DNA of 64,000 nt from an uncultured virus (IMG/VR IMGVR_UViG_2814123274_000001). Taxonomy: Duplodnaviria; Heunggongvirae; Uroviricota; Caudoviricetes. How positions within the stretch are numbered: the first letter of the stretch is position 1; the number at the start of each line of letters is the position of its first letter. The DNA is taken from IMG/VR virus record IMGVR_UViG_2814123274_000001; one strand, written 5' to 3'. The translations under genes and the position numbers were made by a program. This document shows positions 1 to 8,667 of the stretch, piece after piece. The notes below the pieces were generated by a model. It did not search any database. It saw nothing but the letters and a program-made list of their open reading frames with translations, and was not told the DNA's origin.

Positions 1-374
1 TCAGTTCGTGTCGATGATGATATAATCGTACAGCGGTTTGAGCGGCGTAAGGATAATTCGCAGAAAGCCTTCGGTCCCCATTTCGGTCAACAGAACCTTT
101 CTCTGCTGAGCCAGTACCTTACTCCCAACAGGGATGCCTGGCCCATCGCTGTGGATGGAATCGTCATGGACAGGCAGAAGGTCATTGATATTATTGACAG
201 GAAGGTCGCCTCCATTGACAACATAGAATGTGGTCAGGTTCATTTGCGGATCAAGATCGACCGCAAAAACATGTGCCCCTCTTTCCATGAGGGTATAGGC
301 CAGATTTTAACAGGCGGCTGTTTTCCAACACCGCCTTTCCGATTAGCGACGGCAATGATTCTATGTCCCCTCAT
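1..374 (-). pseudogene. parA: ParA/Soj-family ATPase pseudogene
   Basis: ATG at 374 gives MRGHRIIAVANRKGGVGK (deviant Walker A). The VDLDPQxNLT and YDYIIIDT motifs are in another frame (ORF 1..288), with a TAA just upstream in that frame and a TGA right after DTN at 1-3. Confidence 0.75.
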
Positions 375-560
375 ATTTGCGTCTCCTTAATAGTTTCCCA
401 AGTTCGTCTTCTTTTGGTTCAATCGTTTAAAACCCTCGGCTTGCAAGAAATTATAGAAGGAATTCACCAGTAGCAAGCAGATGGTCTGGCTTGCTCTTTC
501 AATAAAACTAAATTATTATAAAAACTTAAAATCCAGCAATATCAGGGCTCGAACGGTCAA

Positions 561-608
561 GGTGTAGGAGTAGTCAAGTAATAACCGACTCTCCTACACC
601 TCTTTTTA
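561..608. terminator. Hairpin GGTGTAGGAG/CTCCTACACC followed by T-run; terminator or element-end structure
   Basis: Perfect 10-bp inverted repeat at 561-570/591-600 with inner AGTC/GACT pairing, just downstream of the last phage gene. Confidence 0.5.
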
Positions 609-649
609 CACCGTTCTGCCGCTTTAAGCACAGAAGCAAATAAATAGCT

Positions 650-1267
650 TTACTCGCCGCCGTACCCGCGTACATCCTCGACAAACGACCTGTTTCTCAA
701 GTTATTTTCATACGCTTCCTGGATGATACGGATGGCGATGTCTACCTCACCGTTTTGCAGACCGTTCTCCTGGATAATCTCCTCGTACTCTGCATAGATG
801 CGAAAGACTCGCTTGAATTGCTCTCTGGTCACCGGATTATCGGGGCAAACGCAGTACGATGCAAAACTTATAATCGAGCTGCGCTTGCTTTCAATGTAAA
901 GAGACATGGTGATCTCATTGTTTTTATCCAGCCCTTCTTTCAGAACTTTAATGGATTCGTCATACACCTCTGCCCGATCATTGACCCACTTCATCCAGGA
1001 ATCGCGTTTGGCAATATTGTCTGAATTGTAATGGGACTCCACGCTGCTTAGCATAGTTTTCACATCATGAATGGTTGTGGACATTTCCTGCATGGTCTGG
1101 CGCTCCTGCTTTTTACGAGCAAAATACTTTCGGATTTTGACGAATTCAGGAACGACTTTTCCCTTAAATTCCAAAACCTCACCGATGATCTGCATAACCA
1201 GAAATATGCCAATAATGGCTAGACCTAAAGCGACGGGCACATTCAGATACTCGATATAGCCAATCAT
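650..1267 (-). CDS. Phage membrane protein, possible holin-like
   Basis: One N-terminal hydrophobic helix (VPVALGLAIIGIFLVMQII), then coiled-coil; last gene of the late operon. Confidence 0.5.
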   Translation of the reverse strand: MIGYIEYLNVPVALGLAIIGIFLVMQIIGEVLEFKGKVVPEFVKIRKYFARKKQERQTMQEMSTTIHDVKTMLSSVESHYNSDNIAKRDSWMKWVNDRAEVYDESIKVLKEGLDKNNEITMSLYIESKRSSIISFASYCVCPDNPVTREQFKRVFRIYAEYEEIIQENGLQNGEVDIAIRIIQEAYENNLRNRSFVEDVRGYGGE

Positions 1268-1390
1268 TGTGATCGATCACCACCCCTTTACCAAGGCGGC
1301 TTTTCGTAGTCTGAGCCGTGAATGCTGAGGGCCAAGAGCATAATTTTCTTTGACCATCGCTCGACCTCCTATATTAGACGAACACAGACC

Positions 1391-1876
1391 TCAATCGCCC
1401 ATGACTTCCTCAATCGTGCCAAGATCCGTCCACTTTACGTTGACCGTCCCCGGCTCCCATACGTTGTTGTCCTGCCCGGATCGCCACACATGGCCGTTGT
1501 GGGTGCAACAATCCCCGGTGTTGTACGGGCTCGTAGACATGGCGACGAAGGGGAGGGCCTTCTTAGGATCGTCCGACCAGTAGAACCCCCACTGGGCGGG
1601 CAGTTCCTCCGGCTCCTGGGGGTAGGTGTCGCTGTTGTAGTTTTGGATAAGGCGCACAATACGCCCCGCAGAAGACCGACACAGGAACCCGTCCGTCTTG
1701 CCGGCTTTGCGCTCCAGCATGTTCTTCTTGGCGACCGCGGCAGAGAAGTCTGGAATATAATCCTCTTTCTCGTACAGTTCGGTGCCCATCATGCCCTCGG
1801 AGGTCTCCTGCAAATCCTGGGCCCGGCGCATACCGTATTCCCGCATAGTGGTCAGCACAAACTCCTTGTCAGTCAA
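1391..1876 (-). CDS. Phage protein with C-terminal carbohydrate-binding (CBM5/12-like) module
   Basis: C-terminal YNTGDCCTHNGHVWRS..DNNVWEPG..W resembles ChtBD3/CBM5-12 aromatic motifs; overlaps the upstream stop. Confidence 0.55.
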   Translation of the reverse strand: MTDKEFVLTTMREYGMRRAQDLQETSEGMMGTELYEKEDYIPDFSAAVAKKNMLERKAGKTDGFLCRSSAGRIVRLIQNYNSDTYPQEPEELPAQWGFYWSDDPKKALPFVAMSTSPYNTGDCCTHNGHVWRSGQDNNVWEPGTVNVKWTDLGTIEEVMGD

Positions 1877-2198
1877 CTCCGTTCACTCCTTCCCGAATCG
1901 CATTGGCCAGCTCCACATAGGACGCCAGCTCTTTCTGAGCACGATACAGAGCCTCGTTGCTGAGGTCGATCTCATTGTCCATGCCTTTCTTCAGGAACTC
2001 CTCATAGTTGCCCCGGACGTTCTGGGCAATGCCGTCCCAGGTTTCCACCTCCACATGGTACTCGTCGTACTCATATCCGGTGAACTCCTCGGTTTCTATC
2101 GGTTTCACATTTTGAAACAGCCGTACAAGGCTTCGGTTGGTTCCCGGGATCTGCTCCACGGTAAACTTCCCCGGATCGACCATTCCCTGCACTTTCAT
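1869..2198 (-). CDS. Hypothetical acidic phage protein
   Basis: AAAGGAG RBS before ATG 2198 (MKVQGMVDPG); directly after the RT gene. Confidence 0.7.
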   Translation of the reverse strand: MKVQGMVDPGKFTVEQIPGTNRSLVRLFQNVKPIETEEFTGYEYDEYHVEVETWDGIAQNVRGNYEEFLKKGMDNEIDLSNEALYRAQKELASYVELANAIREGVNGVD

Positions 2199-2212
2199 AG
2201 GTGCCACTCCTT

Positions 2213-3388
2213 TCAGGCCGCCCGATAAGGCGGATATAATCGTTGTAGCCGCCGACATTCCCTTCGGACGACTTTCTTGAGATTGAACGTGGTATTCGGC
2301 TGATAATACCGCTCCAATATTCGCTGACTGTTGCAATTACGGAGCTGCCCCAGTCTTGAGATCAGTCCGGACGCCCTTTTGAACGAGATGACCCGGTTCC
2401 GGTCTCTCCGGTGGTAGTAGGTGTGCAGCGCCCGCTTGAGCCGGAACAGGTTGTGCTTTCGGAGGATCGTGTACCCATGCCCGAAACGATAGCCCAACGC
2501 AGACGGGATTCTTGGCCGGCGGTGCCGCTGTTTCTTCTCGTGCAGGGTGTCGTGGGCTTTCGCCACCCTCGGCGTAAAGCCTACTCGGAAGATCTGCCAA
2601 TTTCCCTTCAACCGCAAGCCCACCTCGGCCAGCCATACCCGGATGTCCTCCAGCAGCCGCCTCAGCTTCCGCTTATTGGAGCCGAAGATGGTGAAGTTGT
2701 CCATCTGCCGTAGATAGTGGCTCACGCCATATTGCTTTTGGTGGATCATCAGATCCAGCGGTTGGAGCAGCAAATGCAGGAACCATGCGGAGAAGAATGC
2801 GCCGATCAGGACTCCGTACTCCATCAGCGCATCGCATAGCCAGAGCGTTTCCCGATCCTTGAACAGCCGTTTCAGCGCGTGGATGACATACGGCGGGTCC
2901 ACCTCCACAAAGCAATGGTGAATATCGCACTCCGCGCAGTATTGGGTGCCCACAGGGTCGTTCTTCATCCATTTCTTTAAAACCTTTACGCCATAAGAGT
3001 TGCCACGCCCTGGTACGCTTGCGATACAATACTTGTCCATGCTCCGCCTGATGTGCGGGATCATAGGCTGCACCACCGCATGGTGGACATACTGGTCCGG
3101 CCACAAGAGCGGCTCGTTGATATCCCGCCATTTCCCTTTGCCGCTGTCCGCGTTCCGGTCCCACTTCCGCCGTTGCAGCGGTTTATGCATATGCTCGTCC
3201 CCGGCCACCAGGTCCTCGATGAACTTGCGGAGTTTTACCACATATTCATCGATATGCTCCTCGATTTCCATGACCTTCTTATTTAAGCTGTGGTCGCCGT
3301 TGCGCCGGTGTCCCCGGTTGACATCCTGAATAGCCAGACGCAGGTTTTCATCGGAAATGATTTGTTGGTAAATTCTAACTCGTTTCAT
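2213..3388 (-). CDS. DGR reverse transcriptase with atypical motifs
   Basis: RT signatures K.RDI.EP..WPDQYVHHA, ASVPGRG, ECDIHHCF..VD, GVLIGAFFS, YLRQMDNF, LGYRF; AGGAGG RBS before ATG 3388; adjacent to TR/VR pair. Confidence 0.9.
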   Translation of the reverse strand: MKRVRIYQQIISDENLRLAIQDVNRGHRRNGDHSLNKKVMEIEEHIDEYVVKLRKFIEDLVAGDEHMHKPLQRRKWDRNADSGKGKWRDINEPLLWPDQYVHHAVVQPMIPHIRRSMDKYCIASVPGRGNSYGVKVLKKWMKNDPVGTQYCAECDIHHCFVEVDPPYVIHALKRLFKDRETLWLCDALMEYGVLIGAFFSAWFLHLLLQPLDLMIHQKQYGVSHYLRQMDNFTIFGSNKRKLRRLLEDIRVWLAEVGLRLKGNWQIFRVGFTPRVAKAHDTLHEKKQRHRRPRIPSALGYRFGHGYTILRKHNLFRLKRALHTYYHRRDRNRVISFKRASGLISRLGQLRNCNSQRILERYYQPNTTFNLKKVVRRECRRLQRLYPPYRAA

Positions 3389-3609
3389 CAGGGATAGTGT
3401 TCCTCCTTGTAGCCTCACAACTGTTCCATCGCCGCGGGTGGTTCCGGGGCGGGACCCGGCCCGAAGTGTACTAAGCTGTGTCCTGACGGCTCATCTTCAG
3501 CAAGTGCTGCGCGGTCAACGATGCGTAATAGAAAGGGTGAGGAACCCTGACTACCAAAAGGAGGTTTAGCCATACCCGACAGGTCCTTCGACCTGCGTCT
3601 GCTTCAAGA

Positions 3610-3750
3610 AGGCGACAGCCGATGTTGGAGTTGGAGTTCGACGCGTTGTTGTAGTTCACGTAGAAAGGCCCGTGATTCTGGTTCTGGTTATAGTTACCGC
3701 CATGGTGCAGGCACGGGTTACTACCGTTGAAATTCCAGTTATCCGGGACA
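3610..3750 (-). repeat. DGR template repeat (TR)
   Basis: Gap-free alignment to 3936..4076; rich in AAC/AAT codons; 16 of 17 mismatches are at minus-strand TR adenines. Confidence 0.95.
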
Positions 3751-3845
3751 TCGTCTGCTGCAAAGTTGACCCCGCGCTTTCCCCTTACCAAAGGAAAAGC
3801 GGTTTATTAGAGCAAAATCGCTCCATTTTGAATTTTTATAAGGCG

Positions 3846-3892
3846 GAGGTTGGGGGAAGGGACTGCGGTCCCCTCACCCCAAACCCCCTCCT
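3846..3892 (-). other. GC-rich hairpin downstream of VR (candidate DGR homing structure or terminator)
   Basis: Minus strand GAGGGGAC-CGCA-GTCCCTTC core with imperfect G-rich/C-rich extension; a second mini-hairpin CCGCC-GAA-GGCGG lies at 3913-3925. Confidence 0.55.
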
Positions 3893-3907
3893 CTACAGGG
3901 GAATAAG

Positions 3908-6646
3908 TCACGCCGCCTTCGGCGGGCGCTCCTGGAGGCGACAGCCGATGTCGGAGTCGGAGCCCGACGCGTAGTAGTAGTACACGCAGAAAGGCCCGTG
4001 ATTCTGGCTCTGGAAATAGTAACCGCCATGGTACAGGCACGGGTAACTACCGCTGAAATACCAGTAATCCGGGACACAAGTTGTAGTACTGCCAGAGGAT
4101 TCGGAGGGGTAAAGCGCCCACTCCAGGCCGCTTTGAGTCGGGATGGCGAAATCGCTGGGGTAGCCGCTGGTTGGCTTGCCCACCAGAACCCCGTTGGCAT
4201 TGTCACTGAACTGATTGGGATTCTTGATGACATTCAGGCCATTGGCATTGTAGTAGCACCCGTCCATCCAGTCGTACACGTTGTCCCACCAACCCTCGAT
4301 ATTCCGGTACTGGCAGAACCCATAGGAATTCCGGTTGACCGCCGTGGTTCCCGTGTGGTATTTCATGGCGTCCGTCTTTCCGTTGTTTTCCCTGGAGCCG
4401 CTGGCCGAACAGCCCAGGCCGATGCGCTCACCGTTCCAGTCCGCGAATTCCACCAGGAACAGCATATTCACATACCAGAACTGGGCAAAGTCCATCTGCC
4501 AGATGTTCGTCCCCAGATTGTGGATATTGGTGCGGGCAATGGAACGGGTGATGTTGACCATCTGCGCCTGATTGGTCTCCGATTTCCAGTTGGAGCCGCA
4601 GTGGTACCGGCCGATGTAGGAGTGATCCAGCTCGCCCAAGCCATCGCCCCGATCCATATTCACAGGGTCCACATGGAACCCCTCAACAGGGCCGTCCGCG
4701 ATTTGCAGCTTCAACTTCTTCCCCGTCTTGGTCCACTTGAACCAATACTTGGGCTCCTTCACCATCACACCACCGGTCCGGGTAACCTTGGTCATGTCCC
4801 TCCACGGGTACAGGTTGTCAAATGGAGAGGAGCCGGAGCCATTATTCACTGCCGGATTGGGGTCGCCGAACCCGGTCGCCCCGTCCGTGCGCTTGCCCTT
4901 GGTGGAGCCGCTGCTGGTCCAATCCCACTCCACGCCGTAGATGGTGACGAACTGAGCCTTGACCTGTACCTGCTTGTCCGCGCCGGCCAGATAGTTGCCC
5001 CCCTCTGCCACCTTGACGGTAATTGTGGTGGTGCCTGTGGTGTCCTTTACACTGTTCACCGTCACCTCCCCCGTGATCTGATTGACGTTGCTCACGGTAG
5101 CCACACTCTGATTGTTGGAGATGGCGGAGATCACACCGTCCCCTTTCCGGGTCACCGTGAATTTGGCGCTTCGGGCGCTGGTGTTCAGGGTCACAGCCGC
5201 GGGGTTTACCGTCACCACCTGGTCGCCCTTGGCGATGGACCAGGTCGCGGTCTTGCCGCCCACTTCGCCGTCCCACCACTGGTGGTTGGAGTCCGGTGTA
5301 AAGGTGGCGGTGTATCCCGTCCCGGCGTTGATTTGGGGCTCCACAGAAACGGTCATCTTATTGCTGTCATAGTTGCTGTCCCAGGACGGGGTCTTGGGGT
5401 TGCCGTCGTACTTCGGCACCCCGCTCTGCTTGGGCACCGCCGCCAGGCTGGCTCGGCCAATGGTCCAGTTTACCGTCTTCTTCCCGGTGGTGCCGTCCGG
5501 CCACATGCCTTTCAGCAGGGTAAAGGTGGCGGTATGGGTGCCCGCGTTGGTCTGGGGCGTCACCGACGCCGAGGAATTCTCCTGGTCAAAGTTGTTCCAC
5601 TCCGGCGTCTGCGGCGCGCCCGTATAGACGGGAGAGCCCTTCTGTACCGGGATGGGTACGATAACGCTGGTGATGGTCCAGATGACCTCCTTGGCCCCGG
5701 TGGAGCCGTCCCACCACTTGTAGTTGGGCGTGGGGGTGAAGGTGGCGGTATAGTCTTTGGCATCTGTGCCGAACCGCTCTCCGCCGATGGTCAGCTTGCT
5801 GGTGTCGTAGTTGTCCCAGGTGGGTGTCTGGGGCTTTCCGTTGGCCGCCAGCACATTGCTCTGCTTCGGCGGCGAAGCGATGACCGCCCGGTCGATGACC
5901 CAGCTTACGGTCGCCTCATTCTGCCCTCCGGGGAATACATAGCCATAGTCCAGAACAAACTTGGCGGAATAGGTGCCTGCATTGACGCCATTGGTTTCTC
6001 CGGAAATGGTCATCTTTCCGGTGTCATATCCGGTCCACGCCGGCGTCTTGGTCTCTCCGTCATAGGTCAGAACTCCATTTTGAACCGGGACGGCCACCTC
6101 GATGGGGTTCACCGTCACCGTCAGGCTTGCGGTCTTGGTCACGCCCTCGTAGGCGTACTGGATCTGCACTGCCTGCTGCCCCAGTGCGGAGAACGCGTCC
6201 GGGGAGTGGGTGTATCCGGAGACTTCCTCCGAGGATTCGTCCGAATAAGTGGCTGTGACCACCATTCCGGCCGGATCAAAGGTCTCCAGATACTGGTATG
6301 TCATCTTTGTCGGGTTTGCCGTGATGGCGATGGACACCAGCACCTTCTTCACTGTCACGGGTACGCTGGCCGTCTTGGTGATCCGCCCCTCCGTGTAAGT
6401 AATGGTCACCTCCGTGACCCCATCCGTCAGAACCTGAGGCGAAACGGTGTAGCCGGTCACGTCTGAAGTAAGACCGTACCCATAGCCCGCCGTGACCACC
6501 ATGCCGGTCGGGTCAAAGGACTCCCCGGACTTATAGATTGTCTTGTTGGGCTGCTTGGTAATTGCCAGGGTCTCCAGCTTCAGAGCGCCGCCGCCACCGT
6601 TGCCGCCGGTCATGTTGAAAACCTTGCCGACGTTAGCGTTACTCAT
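3908..6646 (-). CDS. DGR target: tail/receptor-binding adhesin with Ig-like repeats and a C-terminal C-type-lectin-like variable domain
   Basis: Two Ig-like repeats (P.K..Y..GESFDPTGMVVTA.Y), four beta-rich repeats (YDG..KTP.W..YD), C-terminal YRNIEGWWDNVYDW..G and terminal VR ending IGCRL. Confidence 0.85.
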   Translation of the reverse strand: MSNANVGKVFNMTGGNGGGGALKLETLAITKQPNKTIYKSGESFDPTGMVVTAGYGYGLTSDVTGYTVSPQVLTDGVTEVTITYTEGRITKTASVPVTVKKVLVSIAITANPTKMTYQYLETFDPAGMVVTATYSDESSEEVSGYTHSPDAFSALGQQAVQIQYAYEGVTKTASLTVTVNPIEVAVPVQNGVLTYDGETKTPAWTGYDTGKMTISGETNGVNAGTYSAKFVLDYGYVFPGGQNEATVSWVIDRAVIASPPKQSNVLAANGKPQTPTWDNYDTSKLTIGGERFGTDAKDYTATFTPTPNYKWWDGSTGAKEVIWTITSVIVPIPVQKGSPVYTGAPQTPEWNNFDQENSSASVTPQTNAGTHTATFTLLKGMWPDGTTGKKTVNWTIGRASLAAVPKQSGVPKYDGNPKTPSWDSNYDSNKMTVSVEPQINAGTGYTATFTPDSNHQWWDGEVGGKTATWSIAKGDQVVTVNPAAVTLNTSARSAKFTVTRKGDGVISAISNNQSVATVSNVNQITGEVTVNSVKDTTGTTTITVKVAEGGNYLAGADKQVQVKAQFVTIYGVEWDWTSSGSTKGKRTDGATGFGDPNPAVNNGSGSSPFDNLYPWRDMTKVTRTGGVMVKEPKYWFKWTKTGKKLKLQIADGPVEGFHVDPVNMDRGDGLGELDHSYIGRYHCGSNWKSETNQAQMVNITRSIARTNIHNLGTNIWQMDFAQFWYVNMLFLVEFADWNGERIGLGCSASGSRENNGKTDAMKYHTGTTAVNRNSYGFCQYRNIEGWWDNVYDWMDGCYYNANGLNVIKNPNQFSDNANGVLVGKPTSGYPSDFAIPTQSGLEWALYPSESSGSTTTCVPDYWYFSGSYPCLYHGGYYFQSQNHGPFCVYYYYASGSDSDIGCRLQERPPKAA
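3936..4076 (-). repeat. DGR variable repeat (VR) at the 3' end of the target gene
   Basis: Encodes VPDYWYFSGSYPCLYHGGYYFQSQNHGPFCVYYYYASGSDSDIGCRL versus TR VPDNWNFNGSNPCLHHGGNYNQNQNHGPFYVNYNNASNSNSNIGCRL. Confidence 0.95.
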
Positions 6647-7028
6647 TGCTCTGCTCGACCTCCAGTCGCAAAATAGAAATCGTCAGGTTCTCCGTGGGGG
6701 TGACCTCGCACCGGAACGTGACCTGACCGTCCGTTGTAATGTTATCGGCTTTTACGCCGGTCTCGCTTGCCGCCATAAAGCAGTCTGCGTCGGCGCACAC
6801 AATGTACCAGTATTTTCCGTCAGCCAGGAGGAACTCGTCCTGCACGGTTTGAGCTCTGCCGCTCCACTTCTCGGCCGGCAGAGTGACGGTGATGCCGGCA
6901 TGCTGCGCGCTTTCCAGCAGAGGGATCATCGAGTCCAATAGTTCGTTGATGCGGATCAGGGTGTCCTGTTTCCCTCGCTCTGCCAGTGCCCGTAACTGCT
7001 CTATGGTGGTGAGTTGTTTCTCTGCCAT
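6639..7028 (-). CDS. Hypothetical tail-associated protein
   Basis: AAAGGAG RBS before ATG 7028; C-terminus resembles the end of 8668..9975 (DNITTDGQVTFRCE vs DITASGFLVFTCD). Confidence 0.65.
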   Translation of the reverse strand: MAEKQLTTIEQLRALAERGKQDTLIRINELLDSMIPLLESAQHAGITVTLPAEKWSGRAQTVQDEFLLADGKYWYIVCADADCFMAASETGVKADNITTDGQVTFRCEVTPTENLTISILRLEVEQSNE

Positions 7029-7052
7029 ATGAGAGCTCCTTTCGGGAAATAT

Positions 7053-7089
7053 AAAAAGGGGGACGGGAATCTGTGCCCCCATCCCCCTT
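7053..7089 (-). terminator. Rho-independent terminator
   Basis: AAGGGGGA/TCCCCCTT stem followed by TTTTT on the minus strand. Confidence 0.55.
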
Positions 7090-7100
7090 AACGGAGCCAT

Positions 7101-8093
7101 TTAAGGCTCCTCTTCAGTGGTGCCGAAGACCTCATCCAGCATGGATTGCACCTCGGTGTCCTCAGCCACAGCCATGCCGTCCAGCTTCTTCTTGTCCTCC
7201 TTGGACATCAGGCCGTCGGCTGCGGAAGTAGCCTTCTCATAGGTGGTGTCCTGGCCGGGGATGCCCAGCTTGGTGATATCCTCCTTGGTCACGTTGTCGC
7301 CCAGCACCACATGGCCGCTGGCGTCGCTGCCCACCTTCTTGAATCCGGCCTCCACGGCGGAGCCGGCGGGGTGGGTGTAGACCACGGTCTCCTGGCCGTT
7401 GATCTTGATGTTGCCATTGGTCTCGGACTTCTCCACCTTGGTCGCGCCCTGGGCGATGCCGGCCATGGCGGCGGTGATCTTGCCCTCGATGGCGGCCATC
7501 ACGGTGGCGTAGTCGTCCTCCTCACCGCCGATACCGGCGGTGATCTCGTTGAGCTTGGTGATGGCGGCGTTCATGGCGGAAGCGTCGTCCGGGTGTTCCT
7601 GAATCCAGGCGGCAATCTCGGCCAGGGTGTTCAGGGACTCCTGGGCGTCCTCGGGAATCAGCTGCTTGGCCAGCTCCTCATTGGCAATGGTGCGGGCACT
7701 CTTGCCGGCGTCGCTGCCGATCAAGGTGTCCACATCCGCCTTGGGGGCCTTGGCGGCCAGAACGGCAGTCAGGGCAGAGTCCAGGTCGGCCTCAGACACC
7801 TGGGCCTTGTAGGCCAGGGCAGCCAGACCCTTGACAGGCACGTCGATACCATTCACCGCCAGAGTGCCGTTGGCGGCGCCAGTGGCGATCAGGATATCGA
7901 CGATCTTGTCAACGATTTTCAGGGCGGTGCCGTTGACCTTGACGCCCTCCAGGACGTTGGCCTGGCCGCCCGCGCCTTCCAGCGTGTCCACTCGGCCGGA
8001 CAGGGTTGCCACCTTGGAGTCGACCTTATCGATCTCGCCCTTGGTGCGCTGGGCCAGCATCTTCAGCTGGTCAAGAGTAGTGTGCTTAGACAT
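7101..8093 (-). CDS. Tail fibre-like structural protein
   Basis: LNTLAEIAAWI and ATSAADGLMSKEDKKKLDG segments typical of phage fibre/minor tail proteins; AAGGAGG RBS. Confidence 0.6.
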   Translation of the reverse strand: MSKHTTLDQLKMLAQRTKGEIDKVDSKVATLSGRVDTLEGAGGQANVLEGVKVNGTALKIVDKIVDILIATGAANGTLAVNGIDVPVKGLAALAYKAQVSEADLDSALTAVLAAKAPKADVDTLIGSDAGKSARTIANEELAKQLIPEDAQESLNTLAEIAAWIQEHPDDASAMNAAITKLNEITAGIGGEEDDYATVMAAIEGKITAAMAGIAQGATKVEKSETNGNIKINGQETVVYTHPAGSAVEAGFKKVGSDASGHVVLGDNVTKEDITKLGIPGQDTTYEKATSAADGLMSKEDKKKLDGMAVAEDTEVQSMLDEVFGTTEEEP

Positions 8094-8120
8094 AGATATG
8101 TCCTCCTTAAATGTATTTGT

Positions 8121-8663
8121 TTACGGCTCGTCGCCGAAAACATCGTCAAGAACGTCCTCCACTTCTTCGTCGGTGGCCGTATTCCCCGGATGCTCCGGGT
8201 CGTCCGGGGGCGTCCAGTCGGATGCGAACGCATCGTCCAGGGCCGCATCCACTTCCTCGTCCGTAGCCGTGTTCTCCCGGATGACTTCCAGAATCTGAGC
8301 CCGTATGTCTGCTCCGGAATGGGAGGGCGGAACCAGCTGGGCCGCATCGACGGCATACATGATTCGGCTGGTCAGGCACCATACGGTGTCTTTTTGCTCC
8401 CCGCCCTTGACGCCGGACACGCCGATGCGAAGACTGACCCCCGCCTGCTTCAAACACTCGGCGGGGATGATGCACCGGTCGTCCGTCAGCTTCACGGACA
8501 GCTCCACGCTGCCGGCCTTGAAAATGGCCGTTTTTGTGTAGCCATCCCAGCTTTTATCAAAGAGGAACTCCACGATGTAGAGGGTTTCGGCGTTCTGCAC
8601 CAGACTCTCATCCTTGAGCATATGGGCATAGGTTTCTTTGACTGCGATTTCCACGGGCCGCAC
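8121..8663 (-). CDS. Baseplate/upper-fibre (BppU-N-like) protein
   Basis: VEFLFDKSWDGYTKTAIF...CIIPAECL...LRIGVSG pattern; acidic duplicated C-terminal NTATDEEV repeat. Confidence 0.5.
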   Translation of the reverse strand: MRPVEIAVKETYAHMLKDESLVQNAETLYIVEFLFDKSWDGYTKTAIFKAGSVELSVKLTDDRCIIPAECLKQAGVSLRIGVSGVKGGEQKDTVWCLTSRIMYAVDAAQLVPPSHSGADIRAQILEVIRENTATDEEVDAALDDAFASDWTPPDDPEHPGNTATDEEVEDVLDDVFGDEP

Positions 8664-8667
8664 CTCC

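Larger units (their letters stand above)
2213..6646 (-). mobile_element. Diversity-generating retroelement (target gene/VR - TR - RT)
   Basis: 141-bp TR/VR pair differing almost only at TR adenines, next to an RT gene. Confidence 0.95.

Noticed and set aside
1869..2198. Possible Avd
   Set aside because: Acidic, with a beta-rich-looking N-terminus, unlike the basic helical Avd.
2213..3418. RT as group II intron, retron or Abi RT
   Set aside because: The adjacent adenine-specific TR/VR pair identifies a DGR; no interrupted gene or intron structure was seen.
3471..3791. 106-aa ORF similar to the target C-terminus
   Set aside because: It is the DGR template repeat read in frame; TR works as RNA and no clear RBS is present.
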